64,000 nt of DNA from Comamonadaceae bacterium (GTDB lineage Bacteria; Pseudomonadota; Gammaproteobacteria; Burkholderiales; Burkholderiaceae_C), in contig CANJWZ010000017.1 of the NCBI GenBank assembly GCA_947478725.1, forward strand, positions 5,901-69,900, read 5' to 3'. Within the stretch, counting starts at the first letter, position 1; every line of letters starts with the position of its first letter. Shown one piece after another: positions 27,926 to 37,223 of this stretch. The position numbers and the translations under genes were made by a program. The notes beneath the pieces were generated by a model that worked only from the letters and a program-made list of their open reading frames with translations, had not been told where the DNA came from and did no database searches.

Positions 27926-29017
27926 TCAGGGCAGGGGTATCAGCAACTTGAAGTCGGTTCGCCCCGGGACACTGTCGCACTCTATCAAGCCGTGGTGTTG
28001 CTGCACAAAGGTTTGCGCAAGCGTCAATCCCAGCCCAGAACCGCCTTCCCGACCCGATATCAGCGGGTAAAAAATACGGTCCTTCAAAGAGTCCGGCACG
28101 CCCGGTCCATTGTCAATGACATGCAATTCCAGTGCCAAGCGGTAGCGCTGCTTGCCAAATGTCACTTGCCGGGCGATTCGCGTCTTGAAAGTGATGTGTG
28201 CGTCGCCTGCCGCAATGCGCTCGCTCAAGGCCTGCGCCGCGTTGTGGGCGATGTTGATGACCGCCTGAATCAACTGCTCACGGTCGCCGCGAAATTCAGG
28301 AATCGACACGTCATAGTCGCGGCTAAAGCTCAGCCCTTTGGGGAACTCGGCCAATATCAGTGAGCGAACCCGCTCGCACACCTCATGAATGCTCACATCG
28401 CCCACCAGGTGCGGCCTGCGATGCGGGGCCAGCAGGCGGTCCACCAGCGACTGCAGCCGGTCTGCTTCATGGATGATGACCTGGGTGTACTCGGTCAGCG
28501 ACTTGTCAATGTCCATCTGCAGCAACTGCGCCGCACCCCGAATGCCGCCCAGCGGGTTTTTGATTTCATGCGCCAGATTGCGAATCAGCTCTTTGTTGGC
28601 CTGGGCCTGGTCCATCAGGCGCTCTTCACGGTCTTGTTTGGCTTGTTGTTCCAGCGGCAGCAATTCGATGATGGCTTCGCCAGGCGTGTCTGTTTGCGCC
28701 ACCACCACGTGCACCGACAAGGGCTCATGACCCATGCGTTTGAGCCAGGCGTCGTAGCGCAAGGCGGCAAACTCGTTGCTGCCCGCACCTTCCAGAGCGT
28801 TTTGCAGAATATGCGGCTCGGTAAAGCAGTCTGGCAACTGCGAGCCTTCAATGGTGCGGCGCGACATGCCCAGGGCGACTTCGAGTGCCGCGTTGGCAAA
28901 CAGCACCACGCCGTCAGTGCGCACCACCGCCACCAGCGTGGCCAGCAGGTCAAAGGCGTGAAAGCGGTCCGCCACTGATGGCGGCGATTTGCTGGGGAGA
29001 AATAAAGGCTTTTTCAA
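27926..29017 (-). CDS. ntrB: Nitrogen regulation sensor kinase NtrB
   Basis: PAS domain, LAHEIKNPLGGIRGAAQLL, DNGPGV, GSGLGL. Confidence 0.95.
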   Translation of the reverse strand: MKKPLFLPSKSPPSVADRFHAFDLLATLVAVVRTDGVVLFANAALEVALGMSRRTIEGSQLPDCFTEPHILQNALEGAGSNEFAALRYDAWLKRMGHEPLSVHVVVAQTDTPGEAIIELLPLEQQAKQDREERLMDQAQANKELIRNLAHEIKNPLGGIRGAAQLLQMDIDKSLTEYTQVIIHEADRLQSLVDRLLAPHRRPHLVGDVSIHEVCERVRSLILAEFPKGLSFSRDYDVSIPEFRGDREQLIQAVINIAHNAAQALSERIAAGDAHITFKTRIARQVTFGKQRYRLALELHVIDNGPGVPDSLKDRIFYPLISGREGGSGLGLTLAQTFVQQHHGLIECDSVPGRTDFKLLIPLP

Positions 29018-29062
29018 GCTTTCGATTTTGGCGCAGAAAGTCGGCCCCAGGCGGGCAGATGG

Positions 29063-29593
29063 TCAATTGTTGTTGGGCAAGCGGGAAATTTCCCGCTTCA
29101 GGCCAGCGATGTCGCTGACCTGGCGGGCAATGCTGTCTTTGAGCTCCGCCACGCGGTCAAGGTAGCGCTGGTGGTTGCGCCCTTCTATGCCCTGCTTTTC
29201 AGGTTCGCCGTTGTTGTACTCTTTTTGCTGCTCAACCAGCCTGGCTTCGGCTTTTTTGAGTTCAGATTCAAGGATTCTGCGTGCGTCACTGTCACGTGCT
29301 TTTTGCTCTGCGCTGCCAGACGATTTTGATGAAGACGGTGATGAAGTCGGTGATGAAGAAGCAACGCGCACGGCCGCTTTTTGCACCGGGGCAGACTGCA
29401 CCACCGTGACGTTGCCGCCTTCCATGATTTTGCAAGCGCGTTGCTGCGCTTCTTTGGCATTGTTGATGTACTCGGTGCTTTTGCCGTCGGCAGCCTGGCA
29501 ACGGTAAACCTGCGCTGACGCCGGGCCACAAGCCAAGGCCAGCAGCACAGTTGCGAACGGAATCATGGTCGAGATCAAGAATGTGTGTTTCAT
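29063..29593 (-). CDS. Exported protein, DUF4124-like N-terminus with coiled coil
   Basis: Signal peptide ending ASA-Q, VYRC motif, Ser-rich linker; lies between glnA and ntrB. Confidence 0.7.
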   Translation of the reverse strand: MKHTFLISTMIPFATVLLALACGPASAQVYRCQAADGKSTEYINNAKEAQQRACKIMEGGNVTVVQSAPVQKAAVRVASSSPTSSPSSSKSSGSAEQKARDSDARRILESELKKAEARLVEQQKEYNNGEPEKQGIEGRNHQRYLDRVAELKDSIARQVSDIAGLKREISRLPNNN

Positions 29594-29693
29594 GCGGAAC
29601 CCCAGTTGCCATGGATGGCCAAGATGGCCGATGAGTATGCGGCAAATGCGTGAAAAAGCAAAGTTGTCTGCCCATATCCCCCACCGGCCAACG

Positions 29694-29724
29694 AAAAAAG
29701 GACGGCTTGTGCCGTCCTTTTTTT
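29694..29724. terminator. Bidirectional terminator after glnA
   Basis: AAAAAAGGACGGC-TTGT-GCCGTCCTTTTTTT. Confidence 0.85.
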
Positions 29725-29749
29725 AACCACAAAAGTGGTTTGGGCCGCT

Positions 29750-31165
29750 TTACAGCGAGTAGTACATGTCGTATTCGACCGGGTGAGTGGCCATGCGGAA
29801 GCGGGTCACCTCCTGCATTTTCAGCTCGATGTAGGCGTCGATCATGGAGTCGGTGAACACACCACCTTTGGTCAGGAAGCCGCGGCCCGTGTCCAGGTAG
29901 TCCAGCGCCTGATCCAGGCTGTGGCACACGGTTGGGATTTTTGCGTCTTCTTCGGGCGGCAGATGGTACAAATCCTTCGTGGCCGCTTCGCCGGGGTGGA
30001 TTTTGTTCTCCACGCCGTCCAGACCCGCCATCATCAATGCCGAGAAGGCCAGGTAAGGGTTGGCCAGTGGATCAGGGAAACGCGCCTCAATGCGGCGACC
30101 TTTGGGGTTGGCCACATACGGAATGCGAATTGATGCCGAGCGGTTTTTGGCTGAGTAAGCCAATTTGACCGGTGCCTCAAAACCAGGAACCAGGCGCTTG
30201 TAGCTGTTGGTGCCGGGGTTGGTGATGGCGTTCAGGGCGCGTGCATGCTTGATGATGCCGCCGATGTAGTACAGCGCAAAGTCTGACAGACCTGCATAGC
30301 CGTCGCCAGCAAACAGGTTTTTGCCGTCTTTCCAGATCGACTGGTGCACGTGCATGCCGCTGCCGTTGTCGCCAACGATGGGTTTGGGCATGAAGGTGGC
30401 GGTTTTGCCGTAAGCGTTGGCCACGTTGTGCACCACATACTTCAGCAAAATGGTCCAGTCAGCGCGCTGAACCAGCGTGCTGAACCTGGTGCCCATCTCG
30501 TTTTGGCCTGCACCAGCGACTTCGTGGTGGAACACTTCAACCGGAATGCCAAGGGACTCAAGCACCAGCGACATTTCGGCGCGCATATCTTGCGTGCTAT
30601 CGACCGGCGGTACAGGGAAGTAACCACCCTTGACGGTCGGGCGATGGCCGCGGTTGCCGCCTTCGAGTTTTTTACCGGAGTTCCATGGTGCTTCGTATTC
30701 GTCCACTTCAAAGAAAGCGCCCGACATCTCGTTGGCCCAGCGAACGCCATCAAAAATGAAAAACTCTGGCTCGGGGCCAAAGAAAGCGGTGTCGCCCAGG
30801 CCAGATGCCTTCAGGTAGGCTTCTGCGCGCTTGGCGATCGAGCGTGGATCACGGTCATAGGCCTTGCCGTCGGTGGGGTCCAGAACGTCGCAGCTCAAAA
30901 ACAGCGTTGTCTCTTCGTAAAACGGGTCAAGATTGGCGGTATTGGCATCCGGCATGAGCAACATGTCAGACGCTTCAATACCCTTCCAGCCGGCGATAGA
31001 CGAGCCATCAAATGCGTGACCAGAGGTGAATTTTTCTTCGTCAAAGTGAGACACGGGCACGGTGACGTGCTGCTCTTTGCCACGGGTGTCGGTGAAGCGG
31101 AAGTCAACAAACTTGACTTCGTTTTCCTTGACCATTTTCATGACGTCTGCGACGGTCTTTGCCAT
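29750..31165 (-). CDS. glnA: Glutamine synthetase type I
   Basis: [32 protein letters not shown]-terminal EYDMYYSL. Confidence 0.97.
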   Translation of the reverse strand: MAKTVADVMKMVKENEVKFVDFRFTDTRGKEQHVTVPVSHFDEEKFTSGHAFDGSSIAGWKGIEASDMLLMPDANTANLDPFYEETTLFLSCDVLDPTDGKAYDRDPRSIAKRAEAYLKASGLGDTAFFGPEPEFFIFDGVRWANEMSGAFFEVDEYEAPWNSGKKLEGGNRGHRPTVKGGYFPVPPVDSTQDMRAEMSLVLESLGIPVEVFHHEVAGAGQNEMGTRFSTLVQRADWTILLKYVVHNVANAYGKTATFMPKPIVGDNGSGMHVHQSIWKDGKNLFAGDGYAGLSDFALYYIGGIIKHARALNAITNPGTNSYKRLVPGFEAPVKLAYSAKNRSASIRIPYVANPKGRRIEARFPDPLANPYLAFSALMMAGLDGVENKIHPGEAATKDLYHLPPEEDAKIPTVCHSLDQALDYLDTGRGFLTKGGVFTDSMIDAYIELKMQEVTRFRMATHPVEYDMYYSL

Positions 31166-31235
31166 CAAAATCTCCAGTAAATAGGTTGTGGATGGGTTGC
31201 GAGAGGGTTGTAACTATATTCTCAGCAGCCTTGAA

Positions 31236-31251
31236 TGCACTTTTTATGCCA
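31236..31251 (-). promoter_or_regulatory. sigma-54 promoter of glnA
   Basis: Minus strand TGGCATAAAAAGTGCA, canonical GG-N10-GC. Confidence 0.8.
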
Positions 31252-31378
31252 AAACAAGGCCGCTTGGATTAAAAAGAACACCACGGATTGTGCCGTGAAT
31301 TTTGACCGTAGCCGCAGGTTTCTGGTTTTGACAAGCCAGAAAAGCCGATCAGCGCACGTTTTCGTGCGCCGAATAAAT

Positions 31379-31395
31379 TGCACAACTATGGTGCA
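31379..31395. promoter_or_regulatory. NtrC binding site upstream of the glnA promoter
   Basis: TGCAC-AACTATG-GTGCA, about 130 bp upstream of the sigma-54 site. Confidence 0.8.
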
Positions 31396-31399
31396 AAAA

Positions 31400-32221
31400 C
31401 TACCGCACCAATTCAGGGCCAAGTACGACGTTAAACGGCCCAAGCCCCGCCAGCAAGGCCGGGTAAGCCAGATCAACCGCCGCTGGCGCACCCTTGACGC
31501 CCAGCTCGATATGCCTGCCATAGGTCGGGTGGTCCACACTCGGCAGGCTGAAAACCTTGACGCCAGCATGTGCGGCCTCGATCGCTTCCATCAGCGGCGT
31601 GAGGGTGGCCTCCATCGAGCCTGACACGATGACCGACTTTTCAACATAGGCTGACTTTTGGTGCAGGTGGGCGTAGTGGGTGTCCAAGACCCAGGCCATC
31701 ATCGGCCAGGCCATCACCGGGAAACCGGGGAGGAAATGAACCGCGCCTTGCCCCACCTTGCAGGTAAAGCCAGGAATTTTGTTGTAAGGGTTCGGAATAA
31801 TGTGTGCGCCCACCGGAAACACGCCCATGTTCAGGCGGTGGATGTTGTCGTGCCGGTCTGGGTCAAACGGCACGCCCTGCTCTTTGGCGGTGTCTTTCAT
31901 GCGCTCGGTGATCAGCACCTTGGCTTCGGGGTGCAGAGCCAGCTCGACGCCCAGGGCAGCGGCTGCACACTGGCGGGTGTGGTCATCTGGCGTGGCACCA
32001 ATGCCGCCGCATGAAAACACCACGTCGCCGGATTCCCGCGCAGCCGCAAACGCGCGTGCCAATGTCGCCGTGATGCGGGGCTTGTCGTCGCCCACATAGT
32101 CGGCATGGGCCAGTTGCAGGCCGCGCTCGCCCAGCAGTTCAATGGCCTTGGGCAGGTGCTTGTCGGCACGTTTGCCAGACAGGATTTCGTCGCCGATGAT
32201 GATGATTGCAAAGTGAGTCAT
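31400..32221 (-). CDS. CinA-like molybdopterin-binding domain protein
   Basis: IIIGDEILSG, VGDD, GGIGATPDDHT, LPGFP. Confidence 0.85.
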   Translation of the reverse strand: MTHFAIIIIGDEILSGKRADKHLPKAIELLGERGLQLAHADYVGDDKPRITATLARAFAAARESGDVVFSCGGIGATPDDHTRQCAAAALGVELALHPEAKVLITERMKDTAKEQGVPFDPDRHDNIHRLNMGVFPVGAHIIPNPYNKIPGFTCKVGQGAVHFLPGFPVMAWPMMAWVLDTHYAHLHQKSAYVEKSVIVSGSMEATLTPLMEAIEAAHAGVKVFSLPSVDHPTYGRHIELGVKGAPAAVDLAYPALLAGLGPFNVVLGPELVR

Positions 32222-32247
32222 GAAAAAAACAAAGGTAAAAAAAAGAT

Positions 32248-33144
32248 TCAGGGATGCGCCGCGGGCGGGGGTAGTTCAGGCGTTGGTAAAGTTTTATCAG
32301 CTATTAATTCAGGAGCTGCTGGCACAGTCATTGGCGGGTCTGCAGCACTGTTCTTCTTGCGCAGTTGCTCTAGCGCGTCCAGTGTGAAGTGCGCAAACCA
32401 GAGCGACGAGAAGGCGAACACCAGCGTGTAGATCCAGATCGCAAGAGGCACCAAGAGGGGTGCTGCCACCACAAACATCGCACCCGATGCCCACACCAGG
32501 CTGGGCGCAGCGCCCAGATAGCCGCTGATCACGCCGATGGCCAGCAAGGAGCCCCGGTGCGCTTTGAAAATCTGCCTGCGCTCCTCCATGCTGGCATGGT
32601 CGACCAGCGCGTCGTACGACATGACGCGATAGGTCAACCAACCCCAGATCAGCGGCGGCAGCACCAGAATCAGCGGCGGAATCAGCCAGAGCGGCACAGA
32701 CAGTACCAGCGCCACCACCGCCAGCAGCGTAGAGCCCAGCGACAACAGCAGACTGGCCAGCATCGAGCCGCCTTTTTTTCGCTCCAGCGCTGGAAAGCGC
32801 CGTTCGGCCACCAGCGCTACCATGGTCGGCGTCATGAAAATCGCCACAAACAGCAGCGACACGATCACGATCACCGGGATCGACAAAAACAGCAGCACGG
32901 CTGGCGCCAACACCGACCGCAGCCGGCTTAAACCCAGCCCCTCCAGCCAGCGCACCAGCATGTTGAGCAACTCAAAGCTCTCCAGCAGGCGGCCTAGCGC
33001 GGCAGCGGCGTCCCAAAAAAAGAAATACCCCAACCCCAACGCCAGCACCGCCATGATGATCAGCGGTAGCACCGACAGCGCAATCACCCGCGGGTGCAGG
33101 CAGTACACCGCAGCGCGCCAGAAGGAGTTGATGAGTTTGCCCAT
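32248..33144 (-). CDS. EI24/CysZ-like membrane protein
   Basis: Multiple membrane helices, YRVMSYDAL motif; the C-tail contains a repeat copy. Confidence 0.75.
   Translation of the reverse strand: MGKLINSFWRAAVYCLHPRVIALSVLPLIIMAVLALGLGYFFFWDAAAALGRLLESFELLNMLVRWLEGLGLSRLRSVLAPAVLLFLSIPVIVIVSLLFVAIFMTPTMVALVAERRFPALERKKGGSMLASLLLSLGSTLLAVVALVLSVPLWLIPPLILVLPPLIWGWLTYRVMSYDALVDHASMEERRQIFKAHRGSLLAIGVISGYLGAAPSLVWASGAMFVVAAPLLVPLAIWIYTLVFAFSSLWFAHFTLDALEQLRKKNSAADPPMTVPAAPELIADKTLPTPELPPPAAHP
32299..32348 (-). repeat. Interspersed ~50-bp repeat, copy 3 (inside a CDS)
   Basis: Minus strand GTGCTGCAGACCCGCCAATGACTGTGCCAGCAGCTCCTGAATTAATAGCT. Confidence 0.5.
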
Positions 33145-33192
33145 GGCCTAAGAATAACGCCTTGACCAGACGTGTTGCATTAGGATGAGGCC

Positions 33193-33966
33193 ATGCCATG
33201 TTTAAACATCAACGGCCAGCAGCTTGAGGTCAGGCGCATCGAAGGGTCTGCCGCGCTGGCCCCGCTTGTTTTTTTGCACGAAGGCCTGGGCAGCGTCAGC
33301 CTGTGGACGCAGCGCGGACTGGACTGGCCGCTGGCCCTTTGCCAGGCGACCGGGCGCGCCGGGGTGGTCTATTCACGGCGTGGTTATGGGCAGTCTGAAG
33401 CGGCGCCGCCGGGCCGCCAAGAGCTGGGGCCCGACTACTTGCACAGCGAAGCCTGGGACGTGCTGCCCGCCTTGCTGGCCCAACTCGGCATTGGGCATCC
33501 AGTGCTGCTGGGCCATTCAGACGGGGCAACGATTGCCCTGCTTTACGCCAGCCGCCACCCGGTCGCGGCCTGCATCGCGATGGCCCCGCATGTGCTGGTT
33601 GAACCTGTTGCAAAAACGGCCATCATGGCGGCCAAAGCAGCCTTTGAGACCGGCGGCCTGCGCGAGCGCTTGGCCAAACACCATGACGACGTAGACGGCG
33701 CGTTCTGGCAATGGAACGACGTGTGGCTGTCAAAAGCCTTTGCCAGCTTTGACATTCGCCCTGACTGCCAACGCATCACCGCCCCCCTGCTGCTGGTCCA
33801 AGGCCTGAACGACGAGTACGGCACCATGCTGCAACTCGACGAAATCGCGCTGGCCGCACCGCATGCGCAGCAACTCAGGCTGGCCGACTGCGGGCATTCA
33901 CCCCACCGTGATCAGCCACAGCCTTGCATCGAAGGCGTGATCGAGTTTTTGAACAAAGTTGGTTAA
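33193..33966 (+). CDS. Alpha/beta-fold hydrolase
   Basis: HEGLGS, GHSDG nucleophile elbow, DEYG, GHSPH. Confidence 0.88.
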   Translation: MPCLNINGQQLEVRRIEGSAALAPLVFLHEGLGSVSLWTQRGLDWPLALCQATGRAGVVYSRRGYGQSEAAPPGRQELGPDYLHSEAWDVLPALLAQLGIGHPVLLGHSDGATIALLYASRHPVAACIAMAPHVLVEPVAKTAIMAAKAAFETGGLRERLAKHHDDVDGAFWQWNDVWLSKAFASFDIRPDCQRITAPLLLVQGLNDEYGTMLQLDEIALAAPHAQQLRLADCGHSPHRDQPQPCIEGVIEFLNKVG

Positions 33967-34015
33967 TGCTCTATTTTTAGGAGCTGATGGGGCAGGTATT
34001 ATTTGGCCTAGAGCC
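33967..34015 (-). repeat. Interspersed ~50-bp repeat, copy 4
   Basis: Minus strand GGCTCTAGGCCAAATAATACCTGCCCCATCAGCTCCTAAAAATAGAGCA aligns with copy 2. Confidence 0.55.
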
Positions 34016-34048
34016 TGACTTGATGCGGGCTGTCAAAGCCTCACCCCT

Positions 34049-35038
34049 TCATTCAGCCTGAATATTGGCTTCTTTCGCAACAACGCCAAGTCGCTCCGCA
34101 TCCACGCGGATCAGCTTCATCATGTTGGTTGAATTCATGACGTAGGGCTCCAAACCGGCGGCCTCGAGTCGCGCTTTCATGTCGGGATCGGTGAAGGTTT
34201 TGGCAACTGTCGCAATATCGGCTTCGATCTTCTTTTGAACCGCTGGCGGCGTGGCGCGTGGTGCCATAAAGCCGTAGTAGTTGTCTAAAGACATGTCCTT
34301 GAGCTCAGGGATGCCAGACTCTCGCGCCGTCGGGACATCCGGCAGGGTTGGGCTTCGTTTGGATGACATCATGGCGATGGGCTTGAGCGAACCCTGCTTG
34401 ACAAATGCGCTCATGGCTGTGACGTTGGCCATGACGATGCTGATCTGTCCGCCAAGCGCATCCATGACTGCGGGTGTGCAACCGCGGTAAGGGATGTTTT
34501 GTGCTTCCAGCTTCAGGGCGTGCTTGTACATTTCCATCGAAAAATGCTGGGGGCTGGCCATGTTGCAGGCAGAGTATTGGTACTTGCCGGGGGCGGCCTT
34601 GAGGATATCGGTCAGTTCTTTGAGGTTCGTCGCCTTGATCGATGGTGTGACCGCCAGCATGGTGGCCGTCGAGGTGACCAAGCCCAGCGGCGCAAAGTCC
34701 TTGGTGTAGTCGTACGGCAGGTTTTTCAGCAGCACGTGATTGATGACGTGGGTGTTGGTCGCCAGCAGCAGCGTGTAGCCATCGGCTGGTGCGCGAAACA
34801 CGAACTCGGCACCGATGGAGCCGCCACCGCCAACGCGGTTTTCTACCGTGACAGGCTGCTTCCACAGGGCAGATAGTTTTTCTGCAAAAAGGCGTGCCGT
34901 TGCATCAGCAGCACCGCCTGGCGTGAAGGTGGCCACGATCCTGACTGGCCGGCTGGGGAAGTCCTGAGCCTGAGCGAAAGGATGCAGAAAATTAAAGCTG
35001 AGCGCTACAAAAAGAAGTATTTTTTTAGACCAAGGCAT
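34049..35038 (-). CDS. Bug/TctC-family solute receptor
   Basis: FPSRPVRIVATFTPGGAAD, VENRVGGGGSIG, DGYTLL, YRG motifs. Confidence 0.9.
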   Translation of the reverse strand: MPWSKKILLFVALSFNFLHPFAQAQDFPSRPVRIVATFTPGGAADATARLFAEKLSALWKQPVTVENRVGGGGSIGAEFVFRAPADGYTLLLATNTHVINHVLLKNLPYDYTKDFAPLGLVTSTATMLAVTPSIKATNLKELTDILKAAPGKYQYSACNMASPQHFSMEMYKHALKLEAQNIPYRGCTPAVMDALGGQISIVMANVTAMSAFVKQGSLKPIAMMSSKRSPTLPDVPTARESGIPELKDMSLDNYYGFMAPRATPPAVQKKIEADIATVAKTFTDPDMKARLEAAGLEPYVMNSTNMMKLIRVDAERLGVVAKEANIQAE

Positions 35039-35163
35039 ATGAAGTTCCTGAAAAATTAAAAGTACAAAATGAATGTTTTGATGAATGTTTTGAAAACGAG
35101 AGAAAGACAGAACGAGATAGAGAGGGAGCAGGCGTCAGCGCTGTCGACGACACATGCGATGAA

Positions 35164-36156
35164 TCAATTTTTAGCCAACTCAAGCGCCGGCCCATAAAAC
35201 AATTCCTCGGCGTTCACCCTGCGGGGCGATATGCCTTGCTCGTGGTGGTAGCGTGTGAAGGTGTCAAGAACGTGCTTGTTTTCGGCAAAGCCGTAGCTCC
35301 AGTAATCCTCGCCCATCAGGCGTTGGGTCACCTCCAGCTCGGCCACGCTCCATGGCAAGGTCACTGCAAGATGGCCAATCTGTTTGAGCTCTTCGGTTGC
35401 CAGTTTTTTGGCCTCAAGAAAGCCTTTGTAGATGCTCACAGGCAGCCACGGATGCTTGTCAACCAGGCTTTGACGGATGCCCACAACATGCATGGTCGGA
35501 AAAATCCGCGTCTTTGAAAAGTAATCCTGCTCGGCTTGTCTGAAGTCGGGAAAAAGCCGAACCACGTTGGGGTTGCCGTTCAAGAAACACGAGGGTGCCT
35601 TCGCGCCAAACACGGCATCGAGCTCGCCGCTTTCGAGTAACTGCGACAAGGTGGCATCACCGGGGATTTGCTCAACCTCAATGCCTTCAGGCAAGGTGAT
35701 GGGCGAGCGCTCCTGGCGGCCGGGTTGCTCCAGGCCGCCGCGACGCCAGCGTATGTCTTCAGGCCGCACGCCGTACTCATCAAGCAGCATGCCGCGTATC
35801 CACACATTGGCGGTGATCTGGTATTCAGGAATGCCGACCTTTTTGCCTTTCAGGTCTGACGGGCTACGGATGCCGCGGTCAGCGCGAACGTAAATGCCAG
35901 AGTGACGAAACGCGCGCGATAAAAACGCCGGAACCGCTACATACTTGGCTGTGGAGCGGGCAATATTGAGGGTGTGGCTGCTCAAGGACATTTCGCAAAC
36001 ATCGAATTCTTGGCCGCGAAAGACGCGGTGAAAAATCTCTTCAGGTTCCAGCGCAAAGGGAATCAGCGAACAGCCTTCCATCCTGACCCGTCCATCAAAA
36101 ATACCTTTGGTTCTGTCGTAGTTGCAGCAGCCAAGGCTGAGTTCAAGTGTCTTCAT
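35164..36156 (-). CDS. 4,5-dihydroxyphthalate decarboxylase-like protein (periplasmic-binding-protein fold)
   Basis: YDRT, EEIFHR, FDVCEMSLSS, FRHSGIY, FPTMHVV, YHHEQG. Confidence 0.75.
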   Translation of the reverse strand: MKTLELSLGCCNYDRTKGIFDGRVRMEGCSLIPFALEPEEIFHRVFRGQEFDVCEMSLSSHTLNIARSTAKYVAVPAFLSRAFRHSGIYVRADRGIRSPSDLKGKKVGIPEYQITANVWIRGMLLDEYGVRPEDIRWRRGGLEQPGRQERSPITLPEGIEVEQIPGDATLSQLLESGELDAVFGAKAPSCFLNGNPNVVRLFPDFRQAEQDYFSKTRIFPTMHVVGIRQSLVDKHPWLPVSIYKGFLEAKKLATEELKQIGHLAVTLPWSVAELEVTQRLMGEDYWSYGFAENKHVLDTFTRYHHEQGISPRRVNAEELFYGPALELAKN

Positions 36157-36270
36157 ATCTTCTTTTAAACGTCACGGTTGTTAATCTGCATAGTTGTTTT
36201 GTCAATCATCCCGTGGGGTGGAAGTTTTAAACACAGCCTGGCTAGCACGCAAGGCGCATGCCACAAAGCA

Positions 36271-36536
36271 TCACGTCTTTAACGCGTCGAATGCGCCAGC
36301 GATTTTAGACCCAGCCAAGCTGCAGGCCGCCAAATCCCCAGCCGTCAACCAGCGCCACTGCCCGGCCTTCAAATCCGCTGGTAAATCAAGCGAGCCAATC
36401 CGCGAGCGGTGCAAGCCACCAACGCCGCCCTCGCCTTCAACCCGGTTCCCCACCGCTGCAATCATGCGTTTGACCTGGTGGTATTTGCCTTCTGTCAGCG
36501 TCAGGCTCAATTGGTTGGGGCCAGTTTGAACGCAGG
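36271..36536 (-). pseudogene. Displaced 3' end of rsuA (direct-repeat copy)
   Basis: 36326-36536 matches 43229-43439 at 199 of 211 nt; continues to a different C-terminus (CSLAGSKIAGAFDALKT*). Confidence 0.92.
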
Positions 36537-37083
36537 TTGAGAGTGAATTGGAATCTGACCCCGATTCTTGTCATCGAGCATTCAGTGTTTGACTGGGGAT
36601 TGGCCTTGTTCTGCCCATCAAAAGCAGTAGAAACCGTTTTTTGCCTGTCTTCAACTATGTTTTAGGCCTTCAATCCAAGAGATATCCTCACGACCAGCTC
36701 CCGAATCAATAGCAGCCAACAATGAATTGGAATCTGACTAGACTTGTTTCAAATTGTTTTTATACTAGTGAAAGCTTTTCGGCACCGCTTTGCAAGATTC
36801 CGGCACTTGTTGAAACTTACCAAGCTGGCCGACTTTAGTTAAGCGTAGGGAAAAGCTTTCCATCGGCACCGTCTGCCAGATTGGGAGTTGACTGAGCTCC
36901 GCAACCCAAAGCGAGTAAAAAATACTTTTTTGCGTTTTTAATATGCTTTTGGCCTGTAACCAAATAGATACCAGATTGCAACGCTTCTTTATTGATAGCT
37001 AATCTGATTTTTTGACCTAACAATTGGAATAATTAGCTATGGCCTCGCTAATTGAAGGATTTCAAATTCGTTGTTTCTTCGTG

Positions 37084-37190
37084 CAAAGAGAATCGCCCGA
37101 TGAGCGAGCTCATCGGGCGATCGGTTATGGCACTTGGTTAGTGCTTAGTTGCCAAGACAAATTTAGTTGCCAGCGGCTTACTTGATAGAA
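37084..37190 (-). ncRNA. Predicted tracrRNA
   Basis: Anti-repeat TCTATCAAGTAAGCCGCTGGCA pairs with repeat positions 13-34 and GTCTTGG-C-AAC with positions 1-10; then TAAG, a GCACT/AGTGC hairpin, and a perfect 14-bp terminator stem at 37092-37121. Confidence 0.85.
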
Positions 37191-37195
37191 ACAGG

Positions 37196-37223
37196 ATGTT
37201 ACCACATGAAAAGTAAAAATCAA
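37196..37223 (-). promoter_or_regulatory. Putative tracrRNA promoter overlapping the cas9 start
   Basis: Minus strand TTGATT-16-TAACAT with an extended TG; predicted +1 near 37189-37190, the anti-repeat start. Confidence 0.55.

Noticed and set aside
31352-31369. GCGCACG-TTTT-CGTGCGC palindrome as a second NtrC site
   Set aside because: GCAC and GTGC are 6 nt apart rather than 7; it may be a hairpin at the end of the cinA-like gene.
36760-36990. Possible second tracr-like RNA or small ORF upstream of the tracrRNA
   Set aside because: Matches to the repeat or tracrRNA are only 6-8 nt, and the open frame has no start codon.
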